Source of the DNA: the human T2T-CHM13v2.0 reference genome, Homo sapiens
DNA length: 64,000 nt
Assembly: GCF_009914755.1 (NCBI RefSeq)
Contig: NC_060942.1
Strand: one strand, 5' to 3'
Part shown: piece after piece, positions 28,204 to 40,101 of the stretch
Position numbering within the stretch: position 1 is the stretch's first letter
Layout of the letters: every line of letters starts with the position of its first letter
Position numbers and translations under genes: made by a program
Notes under the pieces: generated by a model
What the model was told of the DNA's origin: nothing
What the model saw: only the letters and a program-made list of their open reading frames with translations
Database searches by the model: none

Positions 28204-28260
28204 AATAAAGAACTAGTTTTCCTATATTAACCTAGTGTGCTTTTTCTCTTGCTGTTTTCC
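28204..28260 (+). terminator. Putative intronic polyadenylation site
   Basis: AATAAA 28204-28209, downstream GU/U-rich gtgtgctttttctcttgctgtttt, 8 upstream TGTA motifs in 27914-28144. Confidence 0.6.
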
Positions 28261-30929
28261 CATTTATTGTCGTATCCTGCTGTTTAGATTTTCCCCCCTT
28301 GCTTTTCTATCCCCACCCTCACCCACCCACCACTCCCACCTCCCATTGTAAGATTTGAGTGAATGCCTTTTCTTTTTACTTTACTTTTTTTTTTTTGTGG
28401 TACAGATATGGTGACTTTAATCTCATTTAGTCCATATCTTTTCACAATAGATGTCTGGAGCGATAGGAGGGGCCAGTTGTCCTGTTACACTGAAACAGTT
28501 CACCTGCCTAGAGAGAACCCCTACCTTTGGCCGCCTGTGTACTCAGTAGCTTCCACATTTCATCTTAGTTTTCAAGATACATGGGCACTGGGTTTATGAT
28601 GCTGGTGAAGAGAAGGGGATATAACACTTAGGTTGAGAAAAGGGATACTGTTCTTAACTAGCAATCTTGTAGCATTTCAGACTCGCCTAAAAACCCATTT
28701 TGAGTTGTGTTTTAACTTTTCTGTTTGCTGTCTCATTGATTTACTGTCCTTATAAATCATGCTGGGGGTGACATGTTACATGTAGCTGAAGCCATGATCT
28801 GGAATTTTAAAGTACCCTCTTCTATGTGCATATTTAAATTTTTAGGACTTGCAATATAAGTTTTGCATTGAGATCCTGGATAAGGAAGATGTTTGAAACA
28901 GAAGCTGACTCAGGCCACTCCCACCCCTATCCAGGGCCAGCAGCGGACCTGTTACTGTAGGAATAAGAGGGTCTGTGCCCTCTGCAGGCTGTGAGCCAGT
29001 TAAAGCTGATTATAGCCTAGTTTCCTGACAGCTGCTTCATCTACGGCCCTAGGGCCTCTCTTAAGAGAAAGACAGCTAAGATCTCAGCCATTGTCTAAGT
29101 GTGTGTGTTGAGGTGGGGAAGGGGGAAGGGGAAATCAGGAGTAAAGTCAGGACCTAACCCCAAATTGAGTTGAAAAAAGAACCCTTAAAATATCTTTTTT
29201 TTTTCCATAATTACACTGGAGAAGCCAGTGGAGAGGTATTTTTTTTCCCAGAGTGGAACCCAAATTCAGCCATTTGTCAATTACACCTATTCAATTTCAG
29301 CCCAGAACAAGCCTTGCTAAATGAGGCATTTTAGACACTGAGGAAATGAGTTGATTAAAGAAATTCCTGGTTCTTTCAAAGGGTCATCATTTTGGAGCTG
29401 CTCCTCTTTTGGCCGATGTGCCTTGTCCTTGCTCCCCTGGGCTGACTGACTCCCCGGCTCACCCTGCTCCTCGCTGGCGGGTGCACCCCTGCCTGACCAC
29501 AGCGCTTCCTTGCCTTCTTTGTGGCTTCATGCAACTCTCCTCTCCCCCCATGGCTGCCCTCTCTGCTCTGGCCCTCTTTGTTCTCGTGCTCTTCCCAGCC
29601 TGGATGGGAAAGCTGAGCTGATTTACTGTGACACATGGACACACATGGATGTTCCCAGTGGAGGCTCTGCTGTAGTTTGTGCAAGAGGAGAGATACAGGT
29701 TTACAAGGCTAGTCCTCTGAAGATTTTGTTTGTTTCGTTTTCTTCTTTTTAAATTTTCATTTACAGGAGACTTAGAAAGCCTCCAATCCAACCTCAACAA
29801 TAATAAAACTACCCTGAATTGAGTGATCACTCTCATATTTGCCCTAGAGAACAGTGGCTCATTAGATCAATCTTAACCAATTCCAGGATTTCATTTTTCT
29901 AAATTTTTGTTAAGTATGTCAGAATTGTTTGAGAATACATTTTGAGGATGATTAGTAACCTAGTAATAATATAGCAAGCTGTGGGTTAATGGGAAATCAT
30001 GTTTTAGCAATGTATGCAGTGTATTTAATGTTTGACCCAGATTGTCTGAACTAAACACTTACATATTAAGGAGACTTTCCCTGTGACTGGACGATTCAGG
30101 AACTACAAGGCCATTGTTCTTTATATTTATTCTCTCAACCACCTGACACATGTCTGTTTTAGCACCTTGACTTCAGGATTTTGGAAACCCCATCAGTTCA
30201 GTGAATCCTATGTCATAGGCTTTGTAATAAGATGGAACACAGTTCTTCTTTCTGAACAAGAGAACTTCTCTCTTGAAACTAGCATCAGAAAGACCCACTA
30301 AGTTAATGAGTTTTCTTTAATAATAATTTTCCGCAAACCAGCAAATACTATTAGTTACTCAAATTTAGGGAAAAGACCACCAAAAGTGTTGAGGCCCTAA
30401 TGTGCAAATGTCAGGGCCTGGGCCACTCATCTTCCTTTTGCAGTTTTCTCACCTCCTGCCCCACCCTGTCCTTCCCATCTTTAAATAAGTATCCTGCAGT
30501 AGCACATTAGATGATTTAATGGTTTTTAGGCTACGGAAGCAACAGTTCTGTGCTGGATCCAAGGGCAGCAGGGACCCCTTTTCTGAAGCAAAGGGCAGGA
30601 GACGACAGGTCCTTGACCCTGATTCAGGGTGTGACTTTGGTTCCCTCAATCCTACTCCACAACTGTCACACAAATCTGCAAGACACTTGTGCCTTAGTTT
30701 CTCTATGGATCTAAACAGCTTTGTAAAAATTCCCGGCTTAACATTGTATGAATGTGAATTAGTATTTATTAGTTTCTGGTATGGTTTAGCTACAGATAAA
30801 CCAATATATTTCCAAGAGAATTGGGGGAAAGGGGAGGGCTTATCTTGGAACGACTCAGATTTTCAGGATGATTTAAGAACCAAAAGCAAACCCTTATAAC
30901 CCCATAGCCAAACCTCATGCAATGCCTGT

Positions 30930-31370
30930 ACTTCATGTGTTTAGTTGTTCATTCATTCACTCACTCACTTGTTTGTTCATTTAGTTAATGAGTGTTCATT
31001 GAATACTTACTTGGGGCCAAACACTGCGCTAAGGGGGATACAGAAGAAATGGAGACCTGAGTGCCTCCCTCCTGGGGCTTATGCTGAGGTTGAGGGAAGA
31101 ATGCTTAGGAAACCAGATACTGTCTAAGATGTTCTGGGCCAAAATGTCCACACGAATGGCAGAACGTCCTGACTGCTGAGATAAAAGAGCTTGGAGCAGT
31201 CCAGGGTTTGAGTCCTAGCCCAGTCTTGACCTGGAAGGGTGATCTTAGGCCACTGCTTTGAGCATCCTCTGAACAATGACTGATGACTGCCATGAAACCT
31301 ACCTGATAGGCTATGTCTAAGCTGTTACAAGATACCTGGCACGCGGCAGGTGCCTAGGATGTTCTAGACA
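30930..31370. mobile_element. L2 3' end followed by MIR
   Basis: ttcattcattcactcactc...cattgaatactta; gggtttgagtcctagc...cctggcacgcggcaggtgcc. Confidence 0.6.
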
Positions 31371-34300
31371 GTTGCCCCTTCCCTTCACAACTGTAGGTGT
31401 TTGCTAGCCAGAGGATCAAATAAGGTCAGAGGTGAGCTTGCTGCAGAGGCGGGTTTGCAATGTGCCTCAAAGGGTAGTGTGTATACAGGAGGGAGGAGGA
31501 GGAAGAGGAGAGAGCACCCCAGGTGGAGGGAATGAGTGATTTTGGCCAAGGCCAGTGGCTCTGCTGATTTGGCAAGAACAGAAAGTACGTAGCAGGAGGG
31601 AAGAGTGTGTGTTGATGGCGGGGCGGAGGCACATGTGCAGGCCTACAGGGAGCACCGGGATCATTGTCCTGTCTTTGAATGGCTCTCCTCAGAGCACAAC
31701 TCCAGGAGTTAAGCAGCACGAGGTCTGGAGAATGTGGGAGAAAAGGCTTGAAGAGGTTTTGAAGCCAGTTTCTGAAGGCCTCTGGAAGAGTTTGGACTGG
31801 CTTCTTTGGCCTTTGGGAGCTCTGAGGGGAGAGGGCTGTTTAAACAGTTTATTCTGCAGCTGATGACAGAGGGATGGGGCTAAGGGCTGAGGTCAGGGAG
31901 GGGGTGGGACAGGCTTGGGGGGTAGGGAGGAGAAGATGGCTCACATCAGGGAGTTTACTGTAAGGTGGAGTAAGCAGGATTGAGTCTATGTGGAAGGGGC
32001 TGAGGGGCAGGAGGTCTTTGGGGTGCTTTGGAGAGTAGAAGACCATGAAGACAAACGGGGAACATGGGAGGAACAGTCCATTTTGGTGAGAATTGAGTTT
32101 AGTGTACAGATAAGCACATAGAACTTCAGACGCCAGAATGGCAGATGGAAGGGGATTGTGGCAACGTCTGGGAGTTGAGACTTCTAGTCCTTTACATACA
32201 GATTCCTGGTTGGGGTAGGAAATGAACTTCAACAATAAAAATTCCTCATACTCACATGACTTGTCCCCCCCAGACTCTCTGTTGATGCCTGAAACCCTTG
32301 TGATGTTATTCACATGTGTCTTTACTGGCTTAGGTCACCCCTTGAGCAAGCTTTCTTACAATATGAACTCCTCCCGGAGTTGTACCAATCAGTATCCCGA
32401 AATCTGAGTTGGAACAAGTTTTATCAAACTTTGTCTTTCTTGAAAAGACAGACCCCAAAGTGGGCAAGTACCAGGAGCTTTGCCTCCACTACTTTGCAAA
32501 AGGCCATCCCTACACATGGGAGCAGGGGGAACGGGAGGGAGCCCGACCCAGTAGCGTATTGGGAGAGGAGAGGGCAGGGAGTAGGGACTGAGGACAAGGA
32601 CAGGGGCTCTGATCTCAAGATTGGTCCTGTCTGCAAAGAGGGGTTTTTTCGCAATTCAAAGCTCTCTCTTCCATTATCTTATTTCCTCCTTGGCACAGCC
32701 CATGAGGAGTTAATTGAGAATCAGAGGAGGAAGCTGAGGCCAAGAGTGGTGAAAGCCTTTGCCACCCTTCCTGACTAGCTAGTAAATGGCTAAGCCAGAA
32801 GGGGAACCTAGGTGATTGGACACTCGACTATGGCCCCCTGCACTGCCTGCCATGGCCTGCATACGGCAAGGAGCCTCATCAAGACCAAGGCAAGAATGAG
32901 AAAGGAATACCTGCTTTCCCGCCATAGCTGGTGGGACCGATTCTGAATGCTAGGCTCTTTGTCCACAGTGGAAAAGGATCTTTCCAGCTAATGGCCTGCC
33001 AAGCTTCGAGGGGGTCTAGACCCCCAACCCTGAGCCTTGCACATCCCAAAAGGGGACTTTGAGAGACAGGGAGGGTGCATGGTGGACCAGAAACTCTCCA
33101 GAGTGGGAAATGAACAGGGCATTGGAACCCAGGGTGGAGAGTCCTTTCACCCTCAGATGCCGTCTCAGAGCAGGCCTGGCTGGCTTGCTGGAGGAACTCC
33201 AGGGAGGTGGAGTCTGTACCCTGATTTCCACAGAAATAATAGGTGTCCCCTTCCTGAGGCTTTGAGCCCCAAGATGAGGGCACGTTTTGCATTTTTTCTT
33301 AGAAATTCTTGAAGCCTTAACAAATTGTATCTATGTTGTTTCATGGAGATGATAGAATCACATTCTGGAAAGTTTAGAAAATAAATCAAAGGAAAAAAAA
33401 CCTCATAGGAGTCCATCCCTCTGTGATCATGTGAGTGAAATGCAGTCATATTTTTGTTCATCTATTTGTTGTTTTTTGGGGGGGAGTGGAGCTGTAAACA
33501 CAATATATGTATACTTTTTACATTCTCTATTTCCTATTTTACATTAATGTCACAGACATTTTCACATTCTGCTATGCTGTTTTCACAAGCACTGCTTTTA
33601 ATGGCTACATAATATTCCACTTGAATAGTGGCTCAACAGCCAAGTTTGCTGGCTTCGCATGCACTCAAAATGCCATAGGTTCTAGGCCGCTTGGTGCTGC
33701 TCTAACCCACCTCCCTTGGACTGCTGTCCAGCCATGTGGGGAGGAGGTAGTGAGTGGATCAGGTGTGACAACTCTCACTCCTCTCTGCCCACCAGCAGCC
33801 CCTTCCATCGAGAGGCCCAAATAAGTGGAGTGGAGGCAGATAAGAGAAGGCTGGGGAAAGGAATATGACTTGAATAAACTATTCTGAGACCTAGATTCTG
33901 GTCCACAAACTTCCACTGTGATCTTGAACAGGTTAGTTTCCTTCCATCAATTCTCAGTTTTCCCATCAGTCAAATGGGCACATCTTATGGCTTGTGCCTT
34001 ACTGGACTCGTCACATGAAGTAATGCATAGGAAACAAGTCGAGAAGCCAGCCAAAGGCGACAGTGAAGATCATCACTGACATTCTTCATAGTGGTGGCAC
34101 TCAGACAGGCCATGTGGGACAGTGGAAATAGTCCTGGCTTCATGGCCTCTCTGCCAGTAACTACCCGTGTGAGGTCTTGGCCAAGCCTGAGTACTCCGCG
34201 ACTTCACTGCCTATCTGCCAAGGGAGAGAATTGACTGGATTGCCCCTGCCTGCTCTAAAGCACTGTGCTTTCCTCGTGATGAGAAGAGCTTCTATTCCTA

Positions 34301-36849
34301 TCACCTTTTTGCTTTTTCATTGGGAAGATAGCCACATGACCTTTAGGACTCAGTAGGCACGTGAACTTCCACTGGCCAGGTCATACCATGCAGTAGGTGG
34401 GAAGGGAGCAGTAATTGCCCCTGCCTGGCTAGTAGCCCACCCAGGGCATGGGCTAAACCTGGAAGCGCAGACACAGGGCTCCTTGACCCCGAGCTCAAGG
34501 CTGGCATAAGTCTGGTGCTGCTGCTCTTGTTGGGCCACTGAGCGGGACATTCCCCCGGATGCTGCTGCTTCCTCCTGCTGTCCTTTCCTTGAAACATGCC
34601 TGGGTGTGCCGCTGTGTGCAGCTGAGCCCTCCAGGAAGTCCTCCCTGCCAGAGAAGGAGGGGGACAGTCACCCACGTTGGCCTCCCCTGATGACACTGTA
34701 TCCCTTAGATCTAAGTGCTGGCCTCACTGCACCTAGGAAAGGAAGCGGCGGCTGCTGACTCAGCACCAGCCTGCAGGTGGAGAGGGGGTGGAGGAGCTCT
34801 CTGAGGCTGGGAGGAAGTGAGAATTCAGTGGACACCTGTCTCAAGGAAGGGCAGGAAGCGTTGGAACAGCTGCTGTGCCCCCTCTGAAGCTGAGTGGGAG
34901 GGAAGGGGTGGAGGCGCTCTCCATGTCTTCCCCCTTCTCCCCCCGCCCCCAGCTAGCTTGCTTAGCTCCAGCCTTCCTCCCCCATGCCACCCCCTCCTCA
35001 AAAGCTCAGGGGCCCCCTCCGGGCTGCCTGTGCCCGAGGACCACCCACCTCCTAGAACACCTGCTTCTACTCCTCAAATTCCCTCGAGCTAATGGGAGAA
35101 TGTGCCCACTCCCACCCCCAGCGTGGAGACACTGGCCTTCCTTAAGCCGAAGGATGGCCCTTCCCCAGGGGACCTTGGCCTCCACAGGGGACCTCGGCAT
35201 CCACAGTGGGCTCATTCCCTGGAGGGGCAGGCATGGACTCAGGGGAAGGGACCATACCTGCCCCCTCTGCCTGTGACGTTTGGGACTTCTGACCAGACCT
35301 GAAAAGTCAGATTCTGGGAAGGTGAGGGAGTGACAGTGGGGGACTTGGGCCCAAAGAACTGGTCCTCGCATGGCCCAGAGGTGTGTGTGTCCCCAACCTC
35401 TGTGCTGAGGAGAGAGACAGCGGAGGTAGCTGGGCCAGAGCCTTGGCTTGGTTCTGTCAGCACTCTCCAGAGTTCCTCATCTTGGACACCAGGGTGGTGG
35501 GCTGTGGCCCAGGCCTCCCCTCTGGTGGGCTCATGTCCCTCAGGACGGAGGGGGACATCAGACCTGTCTCCCTCCCTAAGGGCTGGGTCAGGAGGGAAGC
35601 TGAGCTTGGGAGGCAGCTCCTGCCTCGCTCCTTCTGGCCAAGCTGATGCTGAGGCTGCTTCGGGGCAGGGGTGCCTGGGATGCAGGGGTGCCTGCGATGC
35701 AGGGCTGCTGGCTGCCACCTGCCACGGAACCAGAGGGATAGGGCAGCAAGGGACAACTGGAAGGAAGTTTGCGCCCGCTGGAACCTGAAGAGTCCAGCCC
35801 TCTTCCTGCCAGGAGGAAAGGAACTAAAGGAGGGGGTGAGGGAAGAGAGGTCATCTGGGGTGAGGGGGCAGCAGCCAGCCCCCAGCTTGGTCTTCCCCGG
35901 GCAGGTGCGGTGGGAGTGTTGATTGAGGTGGGAGAGAAGCCCAGATGACAACCTGAGATGGCACAGTCCCATCCTGAAGGTCCCTGACAAGTCTCAGTTT
36001 CCCCCAGCAGAGAGGTGGTGGGAAGGAGGAGGGAGGCATCAGGTTCCCGCCTTCTCAGCTGGTGTCTCTCAGCCATCTCCTGGGTATTCCCTAAGTCAGG
36101 CCCCATCCCTGCACAGGTGCACCTGGGGAGCATCTGGCTGGGGGGTGGACTAGACGTGTGCGCAGCAGAGAGCAGAGTCTTGACTCCTAGGGCAAAACAG
36201 GGCTTGGGCCTGCTGCAGGATGGACACGGTTTCTAGTTTTACCTCTCAATTTGGGGAAAACTTGAAGTTTATATTAAACTAAACAAGCAACTCTTCTACC
36301 TCTATTTGCAAATTTTACATAAACCTTTGAATGCAAATACAGAATTTGGTGACATTTCATTCAGGCAGGTCAGTCCAGGCTGTGCCCCGACTCCCGGGGT
36401 GGCTATACACTCCTCTGGCATTTGGGTCCATCCAGGGGTGAGTGAGAGTAATTCTTCAGGGTCACCCCAAGGCCTCATCTTCCCAGAGCTTGGGGACCCA
36501 AGTTGTTCAGTGGCTGGAGAGTCAGAGCTGGCTCTTGGAGCTCTAGTCAGGATTGGAACTCGGTTTCTTGACTCTGAGGGCTGGTGGACGTTTTGTGTTT
36601 TGACTCAATGCCATTTGTAAGTGGCACGAGCTATGGCAGCCATGGGGTGCTGTGTGGGATGCATGACTGGGTGAGGCTTGAGGACAGCTTGGGTTTAACT
36701 GGGCAGAGAGAGAAGGGATGGCATTTCAACATGGTGGCAGATCCTCAAGTGTGCCAGGCCTAGGAACCAGAGCCTGAGAGGGGAGGCCAGGAGACGGAGA
36801 GAACCCCACCAGTGGGTGGGAAGGGGATCTTCTGAGGGGGGCACAGGAC

Positions 36850-37003
36850 TCTTTATTGTGGTAAAACATACACAGCATAAAGTCTGCTGTTTCAACCATT
36901 TAAAAGTGTACTACAATTCAGTGGCATTACGTACATTCACAGTACTGTGCGAACATCACTACTTTCTATTTCCAAAACTTTTAAATCACCCGAAACAGAA
37001 ACT
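36850..37003 (-). mobile_element. L1MB-type 3' end fragment
   Basis: tttattgtggtaaaacatacacagcataaa...aattcagtggcattacgtacattcacagt. Confidence 0.8.
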
Positions 37004-38114
37004 AAGAGCTCCCTTGGGTTTAGGGGCCTCCTCCCAGGCAGGTTAAGGGCTGTGTTTGCTGGGTCTTCTTGGGGGCCGAGGGGATGGGAAACTAAGCTGT
37101 AGCAAAGAATACACAGATTTTGCCATCAGGCAGTCTTTAGCTTGACCACCTACCAGCTGCGGGACTTTGGCCCTCTCTGAGCCTCAGTCTCTTCTAAAAA
37201 AATGGAAATAATTGATGTAAATACCAGTGTCACAGAGTGGTGAGGATGAAAGAGAGTTCTCACTCATATAAAGTACGAGACACCCGAAATCCTGGGAAGT
37301 GTTTAGAAAAGATGGCCATTTCCCAACTCCCACCACACACCCCACTTCCCCCATGCAAACACACCTCTGCTTGTTCAGGCCTGGGACAGTTTTAGGGGTC
37401 TTAGGGGAGTGCAAAGCAGGCCCTTGGGCAGTCAGGGAAGGGCTGGGCATATTTCAGCTTAATTGTGTAAGCAGTTACTGAGAACCTGCTTTGGCACAGA
37501 CAGCCTGTGACCTGTAGCCTAACTGGGGAGACCCCCGAACACTCCTGATGTGGGTGGAGAATGGGCAACAAGAATGGCCAAACAGTGGTCATGCTGGCCA
37601 GAAAGTGTGGCCTAGCAGGGAGATATCTTAGCGCACGGGATGGGGAGAGGTCACTGAGGCCTGGAGAAAATCAGGAGGGCCTCCCGGAGGAGGCAGGACT
37701 GGAGCTGTTCCCCGAGGAGGAAGAGCTGTAGCTCTGCTGCCTTGGGGAGTGATCGGGTCAGCCCTGCTCCCTGCGCCTCTCCCATGTAGGCCCAGATCTG
37801 ATCCAAGAGGTAAATGTCAGAGTCCTGTGGCTGTCACCCTCGTCTGAATTTTCTTTTTCTTTTCTGGAGCATCGGGCCCTCTCATTTCATTGTCATCCCT
37901 CCCATTCCAGTCTCCATCCTCCCTGCCATCCCCTGGCCCTGGCCATCCTGCTGAAATTCTCTGCCTCCTCTCCTGCCCCTCTGCCCAGCCGAGCTGCCTG
38001 AGTGCTCCAATGGGTCATCGTGCCGCCCCTGGAAAGAGAGTCACGTGGAGGGGTCGCTGCTCGAGGGAGCTGGGGGCTTCGTGTCCTCCCTCTGAAGCGG
38101 GCAACCCTCTTGGG

Positions 38115-38250
38115 GCACTGGTTCTGCTCTTTGCAGAAAAGGGTACTCATTCTTACCTGCCAGGTGAGTTTAATCCTCATCTGGATTAAACGAGACGGTG
38201 GATGTAATGTACCCACCGTGAGTGGCTCCTGGCACAGAGTAGGGGCTACA
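38115..38250. mobile_element. MIR fragment
   Basis: ggattaaacgagacggtggatgtaa...cctggcacagagtagg. Confidence 0.6.
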
Positions 38251-39463
38251 CTAATTGTTCTATATGGCTATCTGCTAGGGAGTTGCCATGCACAGAGTCC
38301 CCCTGCCTGCTCCTAGGAGGCACTTTGAATTTTATAAGGGAAATAAAAGGAAGGGGGAAACTGAGCCTCAGTGTTCTTATCTGTAAAATGGGAATAATTA
38401 CAGCAAGTCCCCCGGCAGGGTGATAGTGAGGCTCAGATTTGATCATGGATTTGTTCAGCTCATCTAACACATACCCACTGAGCACCTGTGTTGGACCAGG
38501 CCCCGTGCAGGCATGGGGGACACAAGGATAATAATAATAACCATAAGGGCAGTAGCAGATGCTCACGTAGCACTTACTCTGTGCCAGGCACCCTCCTAAG
38601 CACTTTGCCTGCCTTAAAAATACTGAACCTCGTGGGAAACAGACAGACGCAGGAACAGCATGGCCCTAAGGTATGTGCTGGGTGTTCTCTTAGCCTGCGG
38701 CAGACATCCTGGGGAGGGCAATGCCTGGGGGAGCTGATGCCTGGGTGAGTCTTAAAGGATCTGGTTGCCCAGGAAGGGGTGGGGTGAGGGCGTTGTGGGC
38801 CAAGGGGCTGGGGGGGGTGAGGGGAGGGGAAGGGCAGGCTGAGAAGGAGAGTCATGCAGAGGGGTCACTGGGACAGGGAGCTGGGGGACTGATGGCATGC
38901 AGGGAAGCTAAGGCTTTGTTGGCCCTCCTGGTCAACATGGCAGCTTTGCCTATTGGCCAGCGTTGCTGGTGGTTGATTGTCTTTTGTCAAGAATAAAGTG
39001 CACAGAACCTCTGTGTGTCCTGAGCTAAGGGCTGAGGGTACAAGAAAGTGAGGTAGGAGTTTCAACAAACCCTGGTGAAGAAATGCTGGGACAGTTACCT
39101 CCACAGGAAGAGGTACCATGGGCTACTGCTGGGAGGGTGGGAAACTTCAGAGAAAAGAGCAGAGTGGTGTGGTATCTGGGAGACCTCCTGGAAGACACAG
39201 GGGTGGGACTGATCCTTGAAGTAGGGGCTTAGGGCAGCATTTTCCACAGTGTCCAAGCAAGCACTGGGGCCTCTTGAGCTGTTAAAAGTTGTTTCTGCAG
39301 AAAGGTTACATATTCCAACAATTTGGAAATACTACACACTATATCCCAGTCTTGGAGAGTCGGTGTGCGTATTAGCAAATTAAAGTCCCTGGTAAGTCCT
39401 TCAACCAAGAGAGCCCTTTGGTTTTGCTTTAGCAGCATTTCCCAAAACTATCTGACCACAGAA

Positions 39464-39482
39464 CTCTCTCTCTCTCTTTCTG

Positions 39483-39524
<42 letters not shown>
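39464..39524. repeat. (TC)n(TG)n microsatellite
   Basis: Directly visible. Confidence 0.95.
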
Positions 39525-39525
<1 letters not shown>

Positions 39526-39744
39526 TTTCTAGAAGCATACCTTGAACTTGGTTGCATGGAGCACAGTTTGGGAATGCTAGCCTGGGAACTGGGTCATCTA
39601 GCTCAAGACTGGCCAGAAGCAACTCCCTTATACTGTGGAGGTAGGGAGACTGAGAAAAAGGCCATAAAAGGGAACTCATGGATTGGTGACTGCCTGAATT
39701 ACTTCCCACCATAGTCTTCATCCCAGAGTGCCATCTTTTCCCAC

Positions 39745-40101
39745 TATCTTAGCACATTTGGACTGCAGTAACAAAATGCCATAGACTGGGTGGCTTATAA
39801 ATAACAGAAGTTTGTTTCCCGGTGTACTGGAGGCTGGGAATCCAAGCTCAAGGTGCCAGCAGGTTTGTTGCGGGTGAGGGTCCACTTCCTAGATGGCTGT
39901 TTTTTTGCTGTAACCTTGCATGGCAGATGGTGAGAGGGACTCCTCTGGGGCCTCTTTTATAACGGCACTAATTCCATTCATGAGCGCTTCACTCTTGGAA
40001 TCGAATCACTTCTCGAAGACCCCATCTTTTAACACCATCATCTTGGGGGTTAAGATTCAACATATAAATTTTGAGAGGACACAAACATTCAAGTCATAGC
40101 A
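39745..40101 (-). mobile_element. MLT1A-like MaLR solo LTR
   Basis: gtaacaaaatgccatagactgggtggcttataaataacagaa...acacaaacattcaagtcatagca. Confidence 0.85.

Noticed and set aside
34800-36240. Cluster of overlapping 120-180-aa ORFs
   Set aside because: GC-rich, CpG-poor intronic DNA open on both strands; no homology or exon structure recognised
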